Source of the DNA: Camelus dromedarius
Lineage: Eukaryota
Assembly: GCF_036321535.1 (NCBI RefSeq)
Contig: NC_087447.1
Location: 47,680,001-47,744,000, forward strand
DNA: 64,000 bases
Direction: 5' to 3'
This document shows, piece by piece, positions 13,711 to 25,780 of this stretch. The notes under the pieces are model-generated. The model made no database searches. It was not told the origin of the DNA and saw only the letters and a program-made list of their open reading frames with translations. Both the position numbers and the translations under genes were made by a program. How positions within the stretch are numbered: the stretch's first letter is position 1; every line of letters starts with the position of its first letter.

Positions 13711-14331
13711 TTAACAAACAAAACCACAGATCTTCCCTAGGTCTGGAATATAGAACCACAACTCAAAAAGACTCTAGAAAGTGGGATTAAGTTAAATTCA
13801 TAATCTAAGATTAATTTATATAGTGACTGATAAACAAGCAGAAAGTATAATGTTGCTTAAGGTGCCAAGGGTTGGGAAACCAAGCACAAAATTTCAAAGG
13901 AGAAATAGCCAGAGATGAGGAGAGAAAGGTAATTTGGGGTCAGGATTCTTCTTGGCTTTGGATATCATTTAAAAAAAAATTTTTTAATTTCATTCTCTTG
14001 ACAAGGAGAAACAATAGGAGATTTTCAAGTATAAGGGTGACAGTAGGCCTATTTTACAAAGACATACAGATGGTTGGTGGTATTGTAAAAGGGAGAGAGC
14101 ACAGGCAGAGAAGCAGCTACTTAATATTCCTGAGAGAAGGTGAGATCTGGGAAGGAGTCAAAGTTAGAGGCAGCTAACTTTTTCATTCCCAAGCTGAGGA
14201 ATTAATAAAAACATAGATCATTACTAGTTTATAGGCAATATTTAAAGACAGAAATGCAGATAAGATTACTTAAAACAGTCAGTCACTAGAGAGCTGAGAG
14301 AACTTTGAGAAACATTTACATAAAAATGACT

Positions 14332-14671
14332 TGCAATGGTCTGAATGTTTGTGTTCCTCCCAAATTCATATGCGGAAATCCTAACTCCCCAAAGGTGATG
14401 GTAATAGGGAGGTAAGGCTTTGGGGCTGGTGAAGGCAGAATAGTGCCCTTATAAAGCAGACCCCAGAGAACTTCCAAATCCCTTCTACCACGTGAGGGCA
14501 CAGCCAAAAGTTGAAAAGTCTGCATCTCAGAAGACAAACTCAGAAGACTCACCATGCTAATATCTTGGTCTCGGACTTCCAGCCTCAAGAACTGTGAGAC
14601 ATAAATTTCTCTTATTTATAAGCCACCCAGTCTGTGGTATTTTGTTATAGCAGCCTGAACAGAGTAAGATA
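14332..14671 (+). mobile_element. MaLR solo LTR (MLT1A/MST-like)
   Basis: Starts tgcaatggtctgaatgtttgtg...aaattcatatg and ends ccacccagtctgtggtattttgttatagcagcctgaac...aagata. Near-TSD tgact/ggact. Confidence 0.85.
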
Positions 14672-15145
14672 GGACTGAAAAAAAATCCTCAGATTTTTTT
14701 CTAAGTTACAAAAGAAAGTATTATAAAAGTTGAGGCCCACAGAATCCTATCTTTTGAAATTTAGAATTTGTTTCAGATGTAAAGAATCAATGATCATGGT
14801 AGACCATTATACTCTTGTTGGTGTATTGTTGTAATAATGTGTTTTATCTATAGGTCACTGAGGAAATAATTTGTGTTCATTGTCATCTACCTTCTTGAAA
14901 TTCCTTATGCGTGTATTAATTAATTAAACAAAGTATAATCTTGGCTAAAGATGCATGAAAATGATCTATTTTATAAAGATTACATATGTTGTAGAACATT
15001 AACATTGATAATTTGACATTATGTCTGAAACCATAAAGAAGCAATTTTTCTTTAAAAAAACCAGAGTCTACATTATCTATATGTGACATGGCTCTGAGTG
15101 AAACCAGTTTTAAAGAAAATGGGCAAGAACTACTTATTAAGTTAC

Positions 15146-15222
15146 CTGTAATCATTCCGATCATCAGCTTTTATTCCAGGCCAATCTCTCTTCAGATACT
15201 GACTAGCCAACTTCTGGATACC
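15146..15222 (-). CDS. FCHSD2: FCHSD2 internal coding exon (probably exon 4), 77 nt: GIQKLASQYLKRDWPGIKADDRNDY(R)
   Basis: Minus strand ttttttgaacag|GGTATCCAGAAG...AATGATTACAG|gtaact. Phase 0 in matches the upstream exon and phase 2 out matches the downstream exon. Peptide continues the FCHSD2 F-BAR. Confidence 0.96.
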
Positions 15223-16589
15223 CTGTTCAAAAAAATACACATACATATGTATACAAAATACATAATACAAATTATAAAATAAGTATTGTGCCATAAAGGA
15301 TGCTTTTTCCTTAAAATACATTACTTAGATAATCCAACCTTTTCATATGTAAATTTAATTCAGAGATAAAGAACCAATTATGAATGGTAGAGCACTATAA
15401 CTTGTTTCATTACTGTCAGTCTTTTCTTGTCTCCATTTTTAGGAAAAAAGGTGAGTATAAAGATGAAAAAATTGAAATGCTTTTTACTTCATCGAACTAT
15501 GTGAGCAGCCATGAAAACAAACTACCTTTGTTATATCACAGAGAACACAGCTGTGCACCTCCACAGAGATCTCATTACTCAGTTTGACATTTCAAGTTCC
15601 CACCATTCCTCTGCTGCGGCATATATTGCATTTCTGAATCCCAGGAGCCAAACTCATACAGCAAGAAAGACAACAACGCATTTAATTTGGAGCAGAAAGA
15701 TACACACTGGCTTGTAAAATTAATGAACAAACTTTCATGCTATTCTACACTAGTAATTTTTAAGGCAAATTTGAAATGTTTTTCTTTTTAAGTAATACAG
15801 TGGCACAAGTAGCTTAAAATGAAAAAATTAGTTTCAAAAGAAAAACTCACTTTTGTTATACACATAACATGAACCTGGACAAACAGAATATTTATCCATA
15901 ATAGGTACAGTGGGTATCAGGATTTGAACAGAAAAGGCTATTTCACTGGCAAGAGAGGTTAAACTACTCACTCTCAATATAGAACATACTACTTTTAGAA
16001 GGAAGCATAAGTGGTCCCGACACTATAACAGGTTCCTATGTAATGGATCAGAAGATGTTAACTTTGGGATAGTTGTCTCTATACATGTAACTTTAAAAAG
16101 AGCAAATAAAATGCTGAGATGAAGAACAATCACATTAATTGTTTGTCTACTTTAAGCAGAGATTGCCCAAGTAAAATCAATGTGGCACTGTATACATGGT
16201 ACCTTTCTACTAAGGTCTAATGCCAAATCAATTTGGCTTAATTAAATCCATCATTGAATACTTCTGTTTACCATTATTTCAATGAGCCAAAGGGTAGCAA
16301 GAACTATAGAGAAACACCTTGGAATCTCAACTTCCTTTTCAACTTGGCAATAGTTTCATTTCACTATTTTCAGGTCCTGTGCATTCTAAAAACTCACATA
16401 CAACTGCATAACCATAATGTTTCCACTAATACACCTTATACTTTGGGGAATACAATTAAGTCTTCCCTGACTATGTACAGGACTTTTTTCACTTCTGTAC
16501 CTTTTTCATACTGTTCCCTATTTGTATGAAATATCTTCCCACCATTCCCATTCCTATCTGCTTTTCGTACTGCCCTTTCTTTAAATCGA

Positions 16590-17110
16590 TTTTTAAATTT
16601 CCTAACATGAAATATTCAAAAGTATATAGAGAAAAATGTGAAAAGTTTCATTGCCTAGGTGTTTGGTTTCATTTCATTAAAACAGAATAGTTAATCATTC
16701 TTTCTGCATTTATCAGCTTGAATTTTTTTTTAAAGAACTATCCTATCTAAACTATTTGGGAATCCTAAGGTACAGTCCTTAGAGGAAAAGGAAGATAAAT
16801 ACTTGATTGTGTGGTTTTAGTCCAAAAGTCAACAATGAATTTTCAAAGTAACATTATGAACTCACATATTTTGAATAATGGATGTGTTTCAATCTATTGC
16901 AGTCACGATTCTTTTGATGTTCCAAATGCTACATCTGTGGTCAGTGAGAGTCCCTCCAAGTTGGCTCCCATATCATGACTCCAGTAGACTTTAATAATTC
17001 CTTTTTTTTTCTTTTATAGTTTTTATTCTAGATCTTCAGTAAGCTAGTTTTCCAAGGAATTCTGATTACTTTCAGAGAGAAATCGTATTTAGAGACCATG
17101 GTATTTAGAG
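16590..17110 (-). mobile_element. Old L1MC/L1ME 3' fragment, reverse orientation
   Basis: tctattgcagtc...gttccaaatgctacatctgtggtcagtgagagtccctccaagttggctcc resembles an old L1 3'UTR reverse complement. Confidence 0.55.
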
Positions 17111-18780
17111 ACCATAATCTTGGCACTCTATTATCCTATAAGTCTTACTTTGTATCTTTCTCTAAGAGGCTTTCTCTAACCACTGTATACAAAGAAGCTT
17201 ACCCTCCAACAAACTCCTCTCTCATCCACCACCCTACTTATTCAGAATCCTTATACATTATTACAGTATGGTTTAAATTTATTTTGCCTATTTACTGACT
17301 ATAAGCTCCATCAGGTATGGATCTTGTCTTTTTTTTTTTAATTACTGCATCTCCAGGCTATAGCTAAGAGCCTAGTATTTAGTTGGTATCAATTATGTTC
17401 ACTGATTGCATGAATAAATGTCACCTATATTATTCCATTTCTAATGTATAATACCAAAACTCCTTTTGTGTTTTTGATATTCTGAGTTACAAATGCTTAG
17501 ATCAAAATTTCTCTGATTCCTAATTTTTGTACACTCAAAGGAAAAAAAAAAGTACCAGATTGCTAAGATTATGATCGGGTAGTTTTAATATAATAAATAA
17601 GTTCCTTAGTAAAATTATAGTCAAATTTTACCTTCTCCATGATTGAAAGGGAACGTATGTGTGAATACTCCAAAGCAATGGAAAAAAAAGTTTAATCCAT
17701 ACTTAGAAGGCACTACATATTAATTTTTGTGAAGCTTCAAATAAGTCAAGATCTCTGAATTCAAAGAGCTCATAATATGTAGATAGGAATAAGAAGGATG
17801 CAACATAAAATGAGAGGCAACACGTAGGTTACTGCCAAACAAGTGGCAAATTGTGATATAAGTACCCAGAGGAGGAAAAGATCATCTGATATTTTCTTTG
17901 CAAATTACTTCCAAATAATATGATAGTGACTTTTTCAGTTTAATCACTGCTAAAGTGGTCGCAGAACACTTCATACAGAACATGGGATGTAATATGAACC
18001 TCAGATTATGAGAAGGACTAAGAGGGCAGAATCACACTATAAATTTAAATAAAACAAATGAACAAGCATCTCAACATGCTTCTTTCTTAATTCTGTTAGG
18101 CCTTGTTATAACTACAGAGAAACTGGACACTTAGAACGTACATAATTTACTTAAGATCACATAACTAGTTAAGTTGTTAAGTTTGAATTAGAACCCCTAG
18201 TTATCATTCTAAATCTTTGCTCCCAAAATCATTTTAAAGTAGATTTTATATAATTCTTTAAAAATTTTTGAAATCACTTCAACTTGTTATCTTTTATGCA
18301 TTCTAAGTTACAACCACAATTTCCAGAGCTCTAAACCACAATGTTGAACTGTATTAAACTGAATGGAGCCCTTCAGGGATGAGATGGGGGATTCATGAAA
18401 TAGACAAACAGTGAGATCTTTAGATGAAAGACTTTATTCAAGTTAGTTCACAGAGAAAAGAATCATGACTTCTGGGTGCTCCATGCAGCTGTTCAAGATC
18501 TAATCTGCATGGATGCTCAAGAAATACTCCACGGTCATTTTAAGAAAGGCCCTAAATAACATTCATGCTTCTGAAAGTATTCTATCCTTAACTGGTTTAT
18601 CTTTTACATTATGCTTAAAGCTGTATTTTATGAATAAAAGATTTATTTGTATAGAAAATAAAATCTACCCCCAACTAAGCAGTTAAGGAAGATAAACCTG
18701 TGGTTGGTAATTTTTGTGTGCGTTGTTAAAAAAAAAAAATCACTTCCCAGTGCATTATTACTTTCTAAAACTGGTGCACT

Positions 18781-18805
18781 ACACACACACACACACACAC
18801 ACACA
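18781..18805. repeat. (AC)12 microsatellite
   Basis: Read directly from the sequence. Confidence 0.95.
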
Positions 18806-19719
18806 TTTCTATTTACCTGAGTATCACTGATATATAATGATGATTTGATTTCCAATACAGTCTACTCTGAAGCAGTAGTTTTCATAAAAATGTACTGTTT
18901 GGAACATCCAATAATATCCCATTTCAACTTTATAAAAAGCCATCAGTGTCTGATGTAAGACCTGCTTTGTTTCACCTCTCAATAACACTTGCTATATTGC
19001 TCTAACAAGTAAAGCAACACAAAGAAAGTCCCTGTTCAGCAGACATTGGGAAATGGACTGATAGCTTAACCTTCTGCCCATTTACCACAGAAAGCAGAGC
19101 AGGAGTGTGCTCCATGGCTCTCACAGGTTATTCTGTATCCATTTCTTCTCCCCAACATACAGAAAAACTAGTATTTAGATTTCACTAAGGATCTGACCTC
19201 AGATGAGACTTCAAAATGATAGGAAACCATGTTATTCATATAGTATACCTTTTCGTCATGAAATTCCAAACAGTATGCAAATGACTTTTTAAAATTAACA
19301 AGTTCACTGCATAAATTGGATACTTCTCAAACTGATGTAAATTATACAATGATTATAAATTATACAATGTCTTTACTATTCTTAAATTAATAGAGAATCC
19401 ACCCCCACCCTTAAGAAAAGTTATGAAATATTTCTCATTGTTTTGTGTGGTACATAATTGAAGTTAAATTAAAAAATTAATCAATAGATTATTTTAAATT
19501 ACATAATAAATTACCTTTACTTTTCTATTCATTTCATGAGGAAATGAGGCATTAATCCCATGTTATATATTAAACATATATTTACATATTTTAGCCTTTT
19601 TATCAAAAATAAAGATTAATATTGTTTAAATTTAATTATGTAAGAACAACCAAGTTCTAATGAAATTTTTATTGATCTATTTGATTTGAGGACTAAACAG
19701 AATAAAAAATAGGTGAAAT

Positions 19720-20415
19720 TTAACACAGATTCATGATAAAAACTCTCAAGAAACTAGAAGCAGAAAAAAAATCCTTAACTGAACAAAGGGTATATACAAA
19801 AAGCCTACAGTTAACATACTTCTAATGGAAAGTGAAAGCTTTGCCCCTAAAATCGGGAATAAGGCAAGGATGTCCTCTCTTACCAGTCATTTTTTGACAC
19901 TACTGGTAGTCCCACCGAGTACAGTAAGGCAAGAAAAAGAAACAGAAGGTTTACAGATTGGACAGGAAGAAATAAAACTACTTTTATTCACAGAAGCATG
20001 ACTAGTTATGTAGAAAACCCCAAAGAGTCTACAAAAAAAAATCCTTCTACAACTAATAATTGAATTGAGTTTAACTAGCAAGGCTGCAAGATATGAGGTC
20101 AACATACAAAACTCAATTGTTCTCCTATGCACCTGTAATGAACAATCAAAATTTGAAATTAAAAAAAAATTATAATAGGTGGGAAAATGAAGTACTCAGG
20201 TATAAATCTAACAGAACATGTAAAAACTATGTGAAAAAGTTTAAAACACTGATAGAAAAAATTGAAGAAGATCTAAATAAATGGAGAGGTATTTCATGTT
20301 AAAGGAATAGAAGAGTTCACACTGTTAAGATGTCAGTTGTTCCCAATTTCATCTATACATTCATTGCAGTCCAAATCAAAATTCCAGAAAGCTTTTTTGT
20401 AAAAAAAAAAAAAAA
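19720..20415 (+). mobile_element. Old L1 ORF2 (RT region) fragment ending in an A-run
   Basis: aggcaaggatgtcctctct, gaagaaataaaactacttttattcacaga (decayed LFADD), gaagatctaaataaatggagag. Confidence 0.85.
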
Positions 20416-21339
20416 GTTGTTTTCTTCCTTCTAAAGTTTTCTTTAACTACATTTATACAGTTTTGTTAAAGTTGAGTTTTTAAAAACTCTTTTAAGACTA
20501 AGCATTATTATACCTACTTTAAAACATGAAGCTAGACAGTCTAATTCAATTCTGGGAGCATGCAAGGATACAAACATAACTCATCCCCATTGAAGCAATT
20601 TCCAGCTAAATGCACAACATAAATGACTTCTCACCAGAAACTGTTACTAATGTTAAAATCAAGTATCAGAGGATGAGCTTGTAATAATAAAATAAAGATC
20701 AAAGTTCCCACAACCATGAAAATATCTCGTTAGGAACCATATCATTAGAACAGATCCCAAGCCTCCGCAAATTTAGCAACTCAGTAAAGACAAAGTCAAC
20801 CAAAGTAAGCTTGAACTCTTTTGATCCTATATACCATATATTGCTGAAGTTAAAGAAAACGTTAAAGGAAAAAAGCAACTCAGAAAAATGCCATATACAT
20901 GTTATTAATACTAAAATTGTTTCATAAGTTTCCATTATTTCTATGTGTAATGGTTACATGATAAATAAAATTTCTGGAAATAACTAACATTATCAAATGA
21001 TTCTGTATCGTAAGCTTTGTTCATCATATTTAACCTCACAGTCATACAAAATATGCTACTTTTTAACTGGAGGGGGGAAACCCACCAAAGAGTGTTAGTT
21101 TGGATACACAGAACTAATACACAGCAAAGGCAGTACTCAGACTCAGAGTATTTCATTCACTGAACATCAAGTAAATTGTGACACAGAACCTCTGAATAGC
21201 AAAAGAGAGTAAACTACAGAAGGACACAAAATCAAAACAACCAAGACTGCCTGCCAATCTGTCAATCAATAAGATAACTGAAAATCCTCTGGTGCAAAGT
21301 GCCACCAGAATTTTTTAAGAAAATTTAAATAGGTCACTC

Positions 21340-21765
21340 CACAGGGCAGCTAAAGTACTACAAAATAAATGCAACATGTTGAATCAGAGACTCTAGAGGT
21401 GGGGCTAAGATATTGATAGCTTAACAAGCTTCAGAGGTGATTCTGATGTGCAACCAGTAATGAGACTCATTAGTACATTGGTTAAGAGAACAGACACACA
21501 AGCTTGAGTTTAATTCCTGGATCTTGGCAAGTTATACAGCTTGTCTTTGCCTTGCCATTTCCTTATCTCAAAAATAAAGGCAGTAAAAGTACCTACTTCA
21601 AACTGATGCTGATATAAGTAAATGAGTCAGTGCTTACAAAGCACTGGGGCCAATGCCTGCCATACATTATGTGCTCAATGCCTACATTCATTAAACAAAT
21701 CTTTACTGAGCATTCACTACCACATGCCAGATGCTATTTTAAGTACTGAACACTGCTGAAATGTT
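21340..21765. mobile_element. Cluster of MER5-type hAT MITE, MIR and L2 3' fragments
   Basis: tgaatcagagactct...aacaagcttcagaggtgattctgatg (MER5); ggcaagttatacagc...gtacctacttca (MIR); cattcattaaacaaatctttactgagc (L2 reverse). Confidence 0.6.
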
Positions 21766-21848
21766 CAGGTTCTTATTAATGTTGTTACTACTAAAATGAG
21801 AATGGTAAAATATTGAAACAAACTTTTGACTTTTAAGAAGAAACTTAC

Positions 21849-22251
21849 AAAAGAAGAAGAAGGAGAAGGAGAAAGGAGGAGGAAGGAGAAAGGAGGAGGG
21901 GGAGGAAGGAGAAAGGAGGAGGAAGGAGAAAGGAGGAAGGAGGAGAAAGGAGGAGGAAGGAGGAGAAAGGAGGAGGAAGGAGGAGGAGAAAGAAGAAGAA
22001 TAAGGAGAAAGAAGAAGAAGGAGAAGGAGGGGGAGGAGGAGAGGGGGAAGGGGGATGGGAGGGAGAGGGGGATGGGAGGGGAAGGGGAAGAGGGAGAAGG
22101 AGAGGAAGAGGAGGAAGAGGAGGAGAGGAAGAGGAAAGAGAAGAGGAAGGAGAAGGAGAAGAGGAATGAGAAGGAGAAGAGGAAGGAGAAGGAGAAGAGG
22201 AAGGAGAAGGAGAAGAGAAAGGAGAAGAGGAAGGAGAAGGAGAAGAAGAAA
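21849..22251 (+). repeat. 403-nt polypurine (GGA/GAA) simple repeat with a G-run core and 18-mer subrepeats
   Basis: Only 4 T (22001, 22056, 22073, 22167) and no C. The 3' part is roughly (gagaagaggaaggagaag)n. Confidence 0.97.
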
Positions 22252-25224
22252 CTAATGACTAAGAGCAGACTAGCTTGGCCAGTACTTGAAGGGAACCAGC
22301 AGCAGAACTGGTAATAAAACATGGGTCTTTTGATTTCCAGGCTTCCCAGCAGAGCTGAATATTGAGCAGATTTAGAAAGGCACAAAATAACACAATCCAA
22401 AGTAATAAAGTGTTAGAGCCAACATAATTTTGAAATGTGCCAAAGGTAGGAAACAATAAAGAAAGTATAGGAAACAGAAAAAGCCAAAAGAAGCAAGAAG
22501 GCTTCACAGCCTTTATTCTAGTACAATATTATACCAGGTTACACAGGATCTTTGGAGTCAAACAAATCTGAGTTCAAAGCCCCACTCTACCATTTACAAA
22601 TTAGGACACTTAAGTGCACTATTAACCACTCTGAGCTTTAGCTTTCTCTGTAAAATGGGCATAATGATGGAACCCTAAACCTAATGATTAGACCAATGCC
22701 TGGAATACAGAAGTGCCTGATAAATGGCAATCATAATTACTGTGTGCATTTCTACCCTATTAGAAGTTAGAGTCCAGGCATATTGTGTTCATTCACAATT
22801 ATTTTTCACATTTGCATTTTTGATTGCAGGCTTCCATTGATTTAAAAATATCCCTTCTCTATATCCACTCAATATTCCTACCTTCTCTAGATACTCCAAT
22901 CTCAATTCTCATGTTTTTCCACAAAGTTGGGGCCCTTACTGATTATGGCAGGCTGATGGCAATTAATCATATGAATTGGATAAAACCCTAGTAACAGTAT
23001 ACACTTTGTAACTTTTTATGTATACCTGTCTTACTTTGTCAATTAGATCTTAGGTTCTGAATATAAAAGTCCTAAATTTACTTGTAATTCTACAAAAGCT
23101 AACAAACTTGTTACACACACGGCTTACTCTCAAAACACTGGATGACTTTATGAAAAGAAGAGGGCAGTTCTCTAGGATATTCAGACTATATCCTTCTTCT
23201 TCCAGTCCCTGACACTGAAGAGTAGGAAAATTAATTTATGTTATTTTTATATGAAATAGCCATGCCCAAAACAGGGATTATTCTAACAAAAAGAATCAGC
23301 AAGTTGAGCTTTTTCCACATCTGCTACATGCAAAAATAGTTTTCTAGCTAAAATAGTAAATACAATACTAAGAAATTTTGATAACTGATCCTAAAAGACT
23401 GAGAATCCGTCATCGAGATTTACCTAGTTGAACCTTCTCAGATGAAGACTAGGTACTTAGTCAAGATCTCTCACTAAGTAACAGGGCCAATGCACAATAT
23501 AAATCACAACATGACTCCCACTTCAGTGTTCTTTTTCCAGGACAAAAATATATGGGGGGGGGGGCTGGATTCTCTAATGACCCCTACCTAGCCAGTATTT
23601 ACAGCCTTCTATCAGTGGTATCAACGCAGTATATCCCAAGCATTCCTCTTTACTTCTCTCCAATATTACCTAAGTCTCCACAATAATTCCAGAAACTCTG
23701 CTTGTTTTTAGCTACAATCACTTTCAAGTTGTAATACCCTTCTATTCCAAATCTTATCCTTCTCTCAAAGTCTAGTTCAAGACTCGCTTACTAAAGGGAA
23801 GCAATCCATTAGCTTAGACTTCATCTCCAGACTCCTCTTAGTTCCCTAACAGAGCCTAACTTTCTACAGAGCAAGGACTATGCCTTCGCGTCAAGTACTA
23901 TGCTATACTTACGAGATAAAAGTTCATCATTCAATAAATAATTATTTAGAAAAGATTTACTCCATGTCATACTGTACTGGACACTGGAAAGAACAGAGCT
24001 GATTCTCATGTGGTTTCAGTTCTCAAAAAGCTCAATGAATATAGATCTTCAAATGGAAAAAATATATATAAAAGGAAGGCAGAAGGTTGATAAGTGGTAT
24101 GTTAAAGGAGAGATTTTAATTTAAAAATGGAAGAAAAACATAGGCAGAGAGAAGTAGCCAGTGTTAAAAAGAGGGACTGAAAACCAAGAGACAATGGATA
24201 ACAGTTATAAAAATAAGGTCAACATAGCGGGCAAGAGTTAGGGTCAAGATGAAACAGATGAAAGATTGGTTAGAAAGATGAACACTCTTTCAAACAAAGA
24301 AGGGAAGGTAACTAGTATTCAGATAAACTTAAAAGGAGAGGAGGGTTACAAAATTGAAATACTTTAATTTTTTAATCAGCATGAGACCTTTCAAAATGTA
24401 CTAATACAATGTAGAGTAGAGACCCCTGAACTTTTCTGACTGCACAATCCATCAGTTAAAAAAATGTGTATGTGTGTGTATATATACATATATATAGTTT
24501 TAAATCACAACCAGATAATTTTTATTTATATGTTATATAGATTATAAGACATAACAAAAATGCAACTTTAAAGGGGTGAGATAAATATGCAATAATTAAC
24601 TTTTTTAATGTCTTTCCAATTTATTAGATTCATACATCATATACCAATTACTAATATTTCAAGACAGTTACACGTTTAAAGCTCCTCTTGAAAGTGGTTA
24701 TAAATCCATTATTAAATAGTCTCCCAGGTAATTACAAGTTATTTTTGGCTTACTTTTTCCAGGTCCATTTGGGCTCTCATCATTTTTACATTATAATTAA
24801 GCTGATGAACAGTTTTAATAGAAGTGTCATTTCTGCTACTCTTTTCTTGGTGTTTGCTTATGTTATTAGAATTATTTTCAGTGAGTTTTCACATTATTCC
24901 CAGTGACATTTTAAAGCTCAATGTGTATAGTTTTGTGAGATAGTTTAATTTAAATTAGAAAATATCATCAGTAAATCCACTTAGATGAAAACTGTTTACA
25001 CTGTAGGGCACAAAGGTGAACAAATAGTGGGAGTGCTGTTAAAAACCCCTCAGTCTGTATATAACCATCTAGTACACTACCAATCTTGTAAACAACCTAT
25101 TCTAGAGATCTCATTTAGTTCACAGGTTTTGGTCTCAAACTTCACATGTATACATGGGAACTTGGGCAAGTTACTTGATCTCATCTTCAGTCTCATAATC
25201 AGTAAAACTAGGTAAATGACTACA

Positions 25225-25780
25225 TACTTCAGTAGGTAAATGGATAACAAACTGAAGCACATCAGACAATGGAATGTTACTCAGCCCTTTAAAAAACAAG
25301 TCAAGAAAAGACCTGGAGGAACCTTAAATGGGTATTTCCATGGGAATGAGGCCAATCTGAAAGGTTACATACTATGTTTCCAATTATATGACATTCTGGA
25401 AAAGGGAAAACCACGGAGACAGTAAAAAGATCACTGGTTTCTAGGGGATGGGGTGAAGGAAGGGAAAACAGGTGGAGCACAGAAGATTTTTAGGGCACTG
25501 AAACTATTCTGTATGATACTATGATGCTGGATACATGTCATTATACATCTGTCAAAATCCATAGAATGTACAAAACAATGAGTTAAGCCTATGGACTTTG
25601 GGTGTCAATGGAGGTTCATTGGTCATAATAAACGTACCACTCTGGTGTGGGATGTTGATATTGGCAGGGAGGCTGTGCATGTGTAGGGGCAGAGGGTATA
25701 CCGGAACCCTGTACTTTCTGCTCAAAATTACTGCAAACCTGAAACCACTAAAAATTAAAGTCTATTAAAAAATAAAAATA
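25225..25780 (+). mobile_element. L1MC-type 3' end inserted into a MIR (MIR halves ~25120-25220 and ~25780-25870)
   Basis: caattatatgacattctggaaaaggg...gtaccactctggtgtgggatgttgata...taaagtctattaaaa. MIR text cttgggcaagttacttga on the left continues as ctatctacctca on the right. Confidence 0.75.

Noticed and set aside
21765..22400. Longest ORFs in the track (211 aa on -, 162 aa on +)
   Set aside because: They are translations of the purine simple repeat, which lacks stop codons by composition; the products are E/K/R/G or F/S/L/P low complexity.
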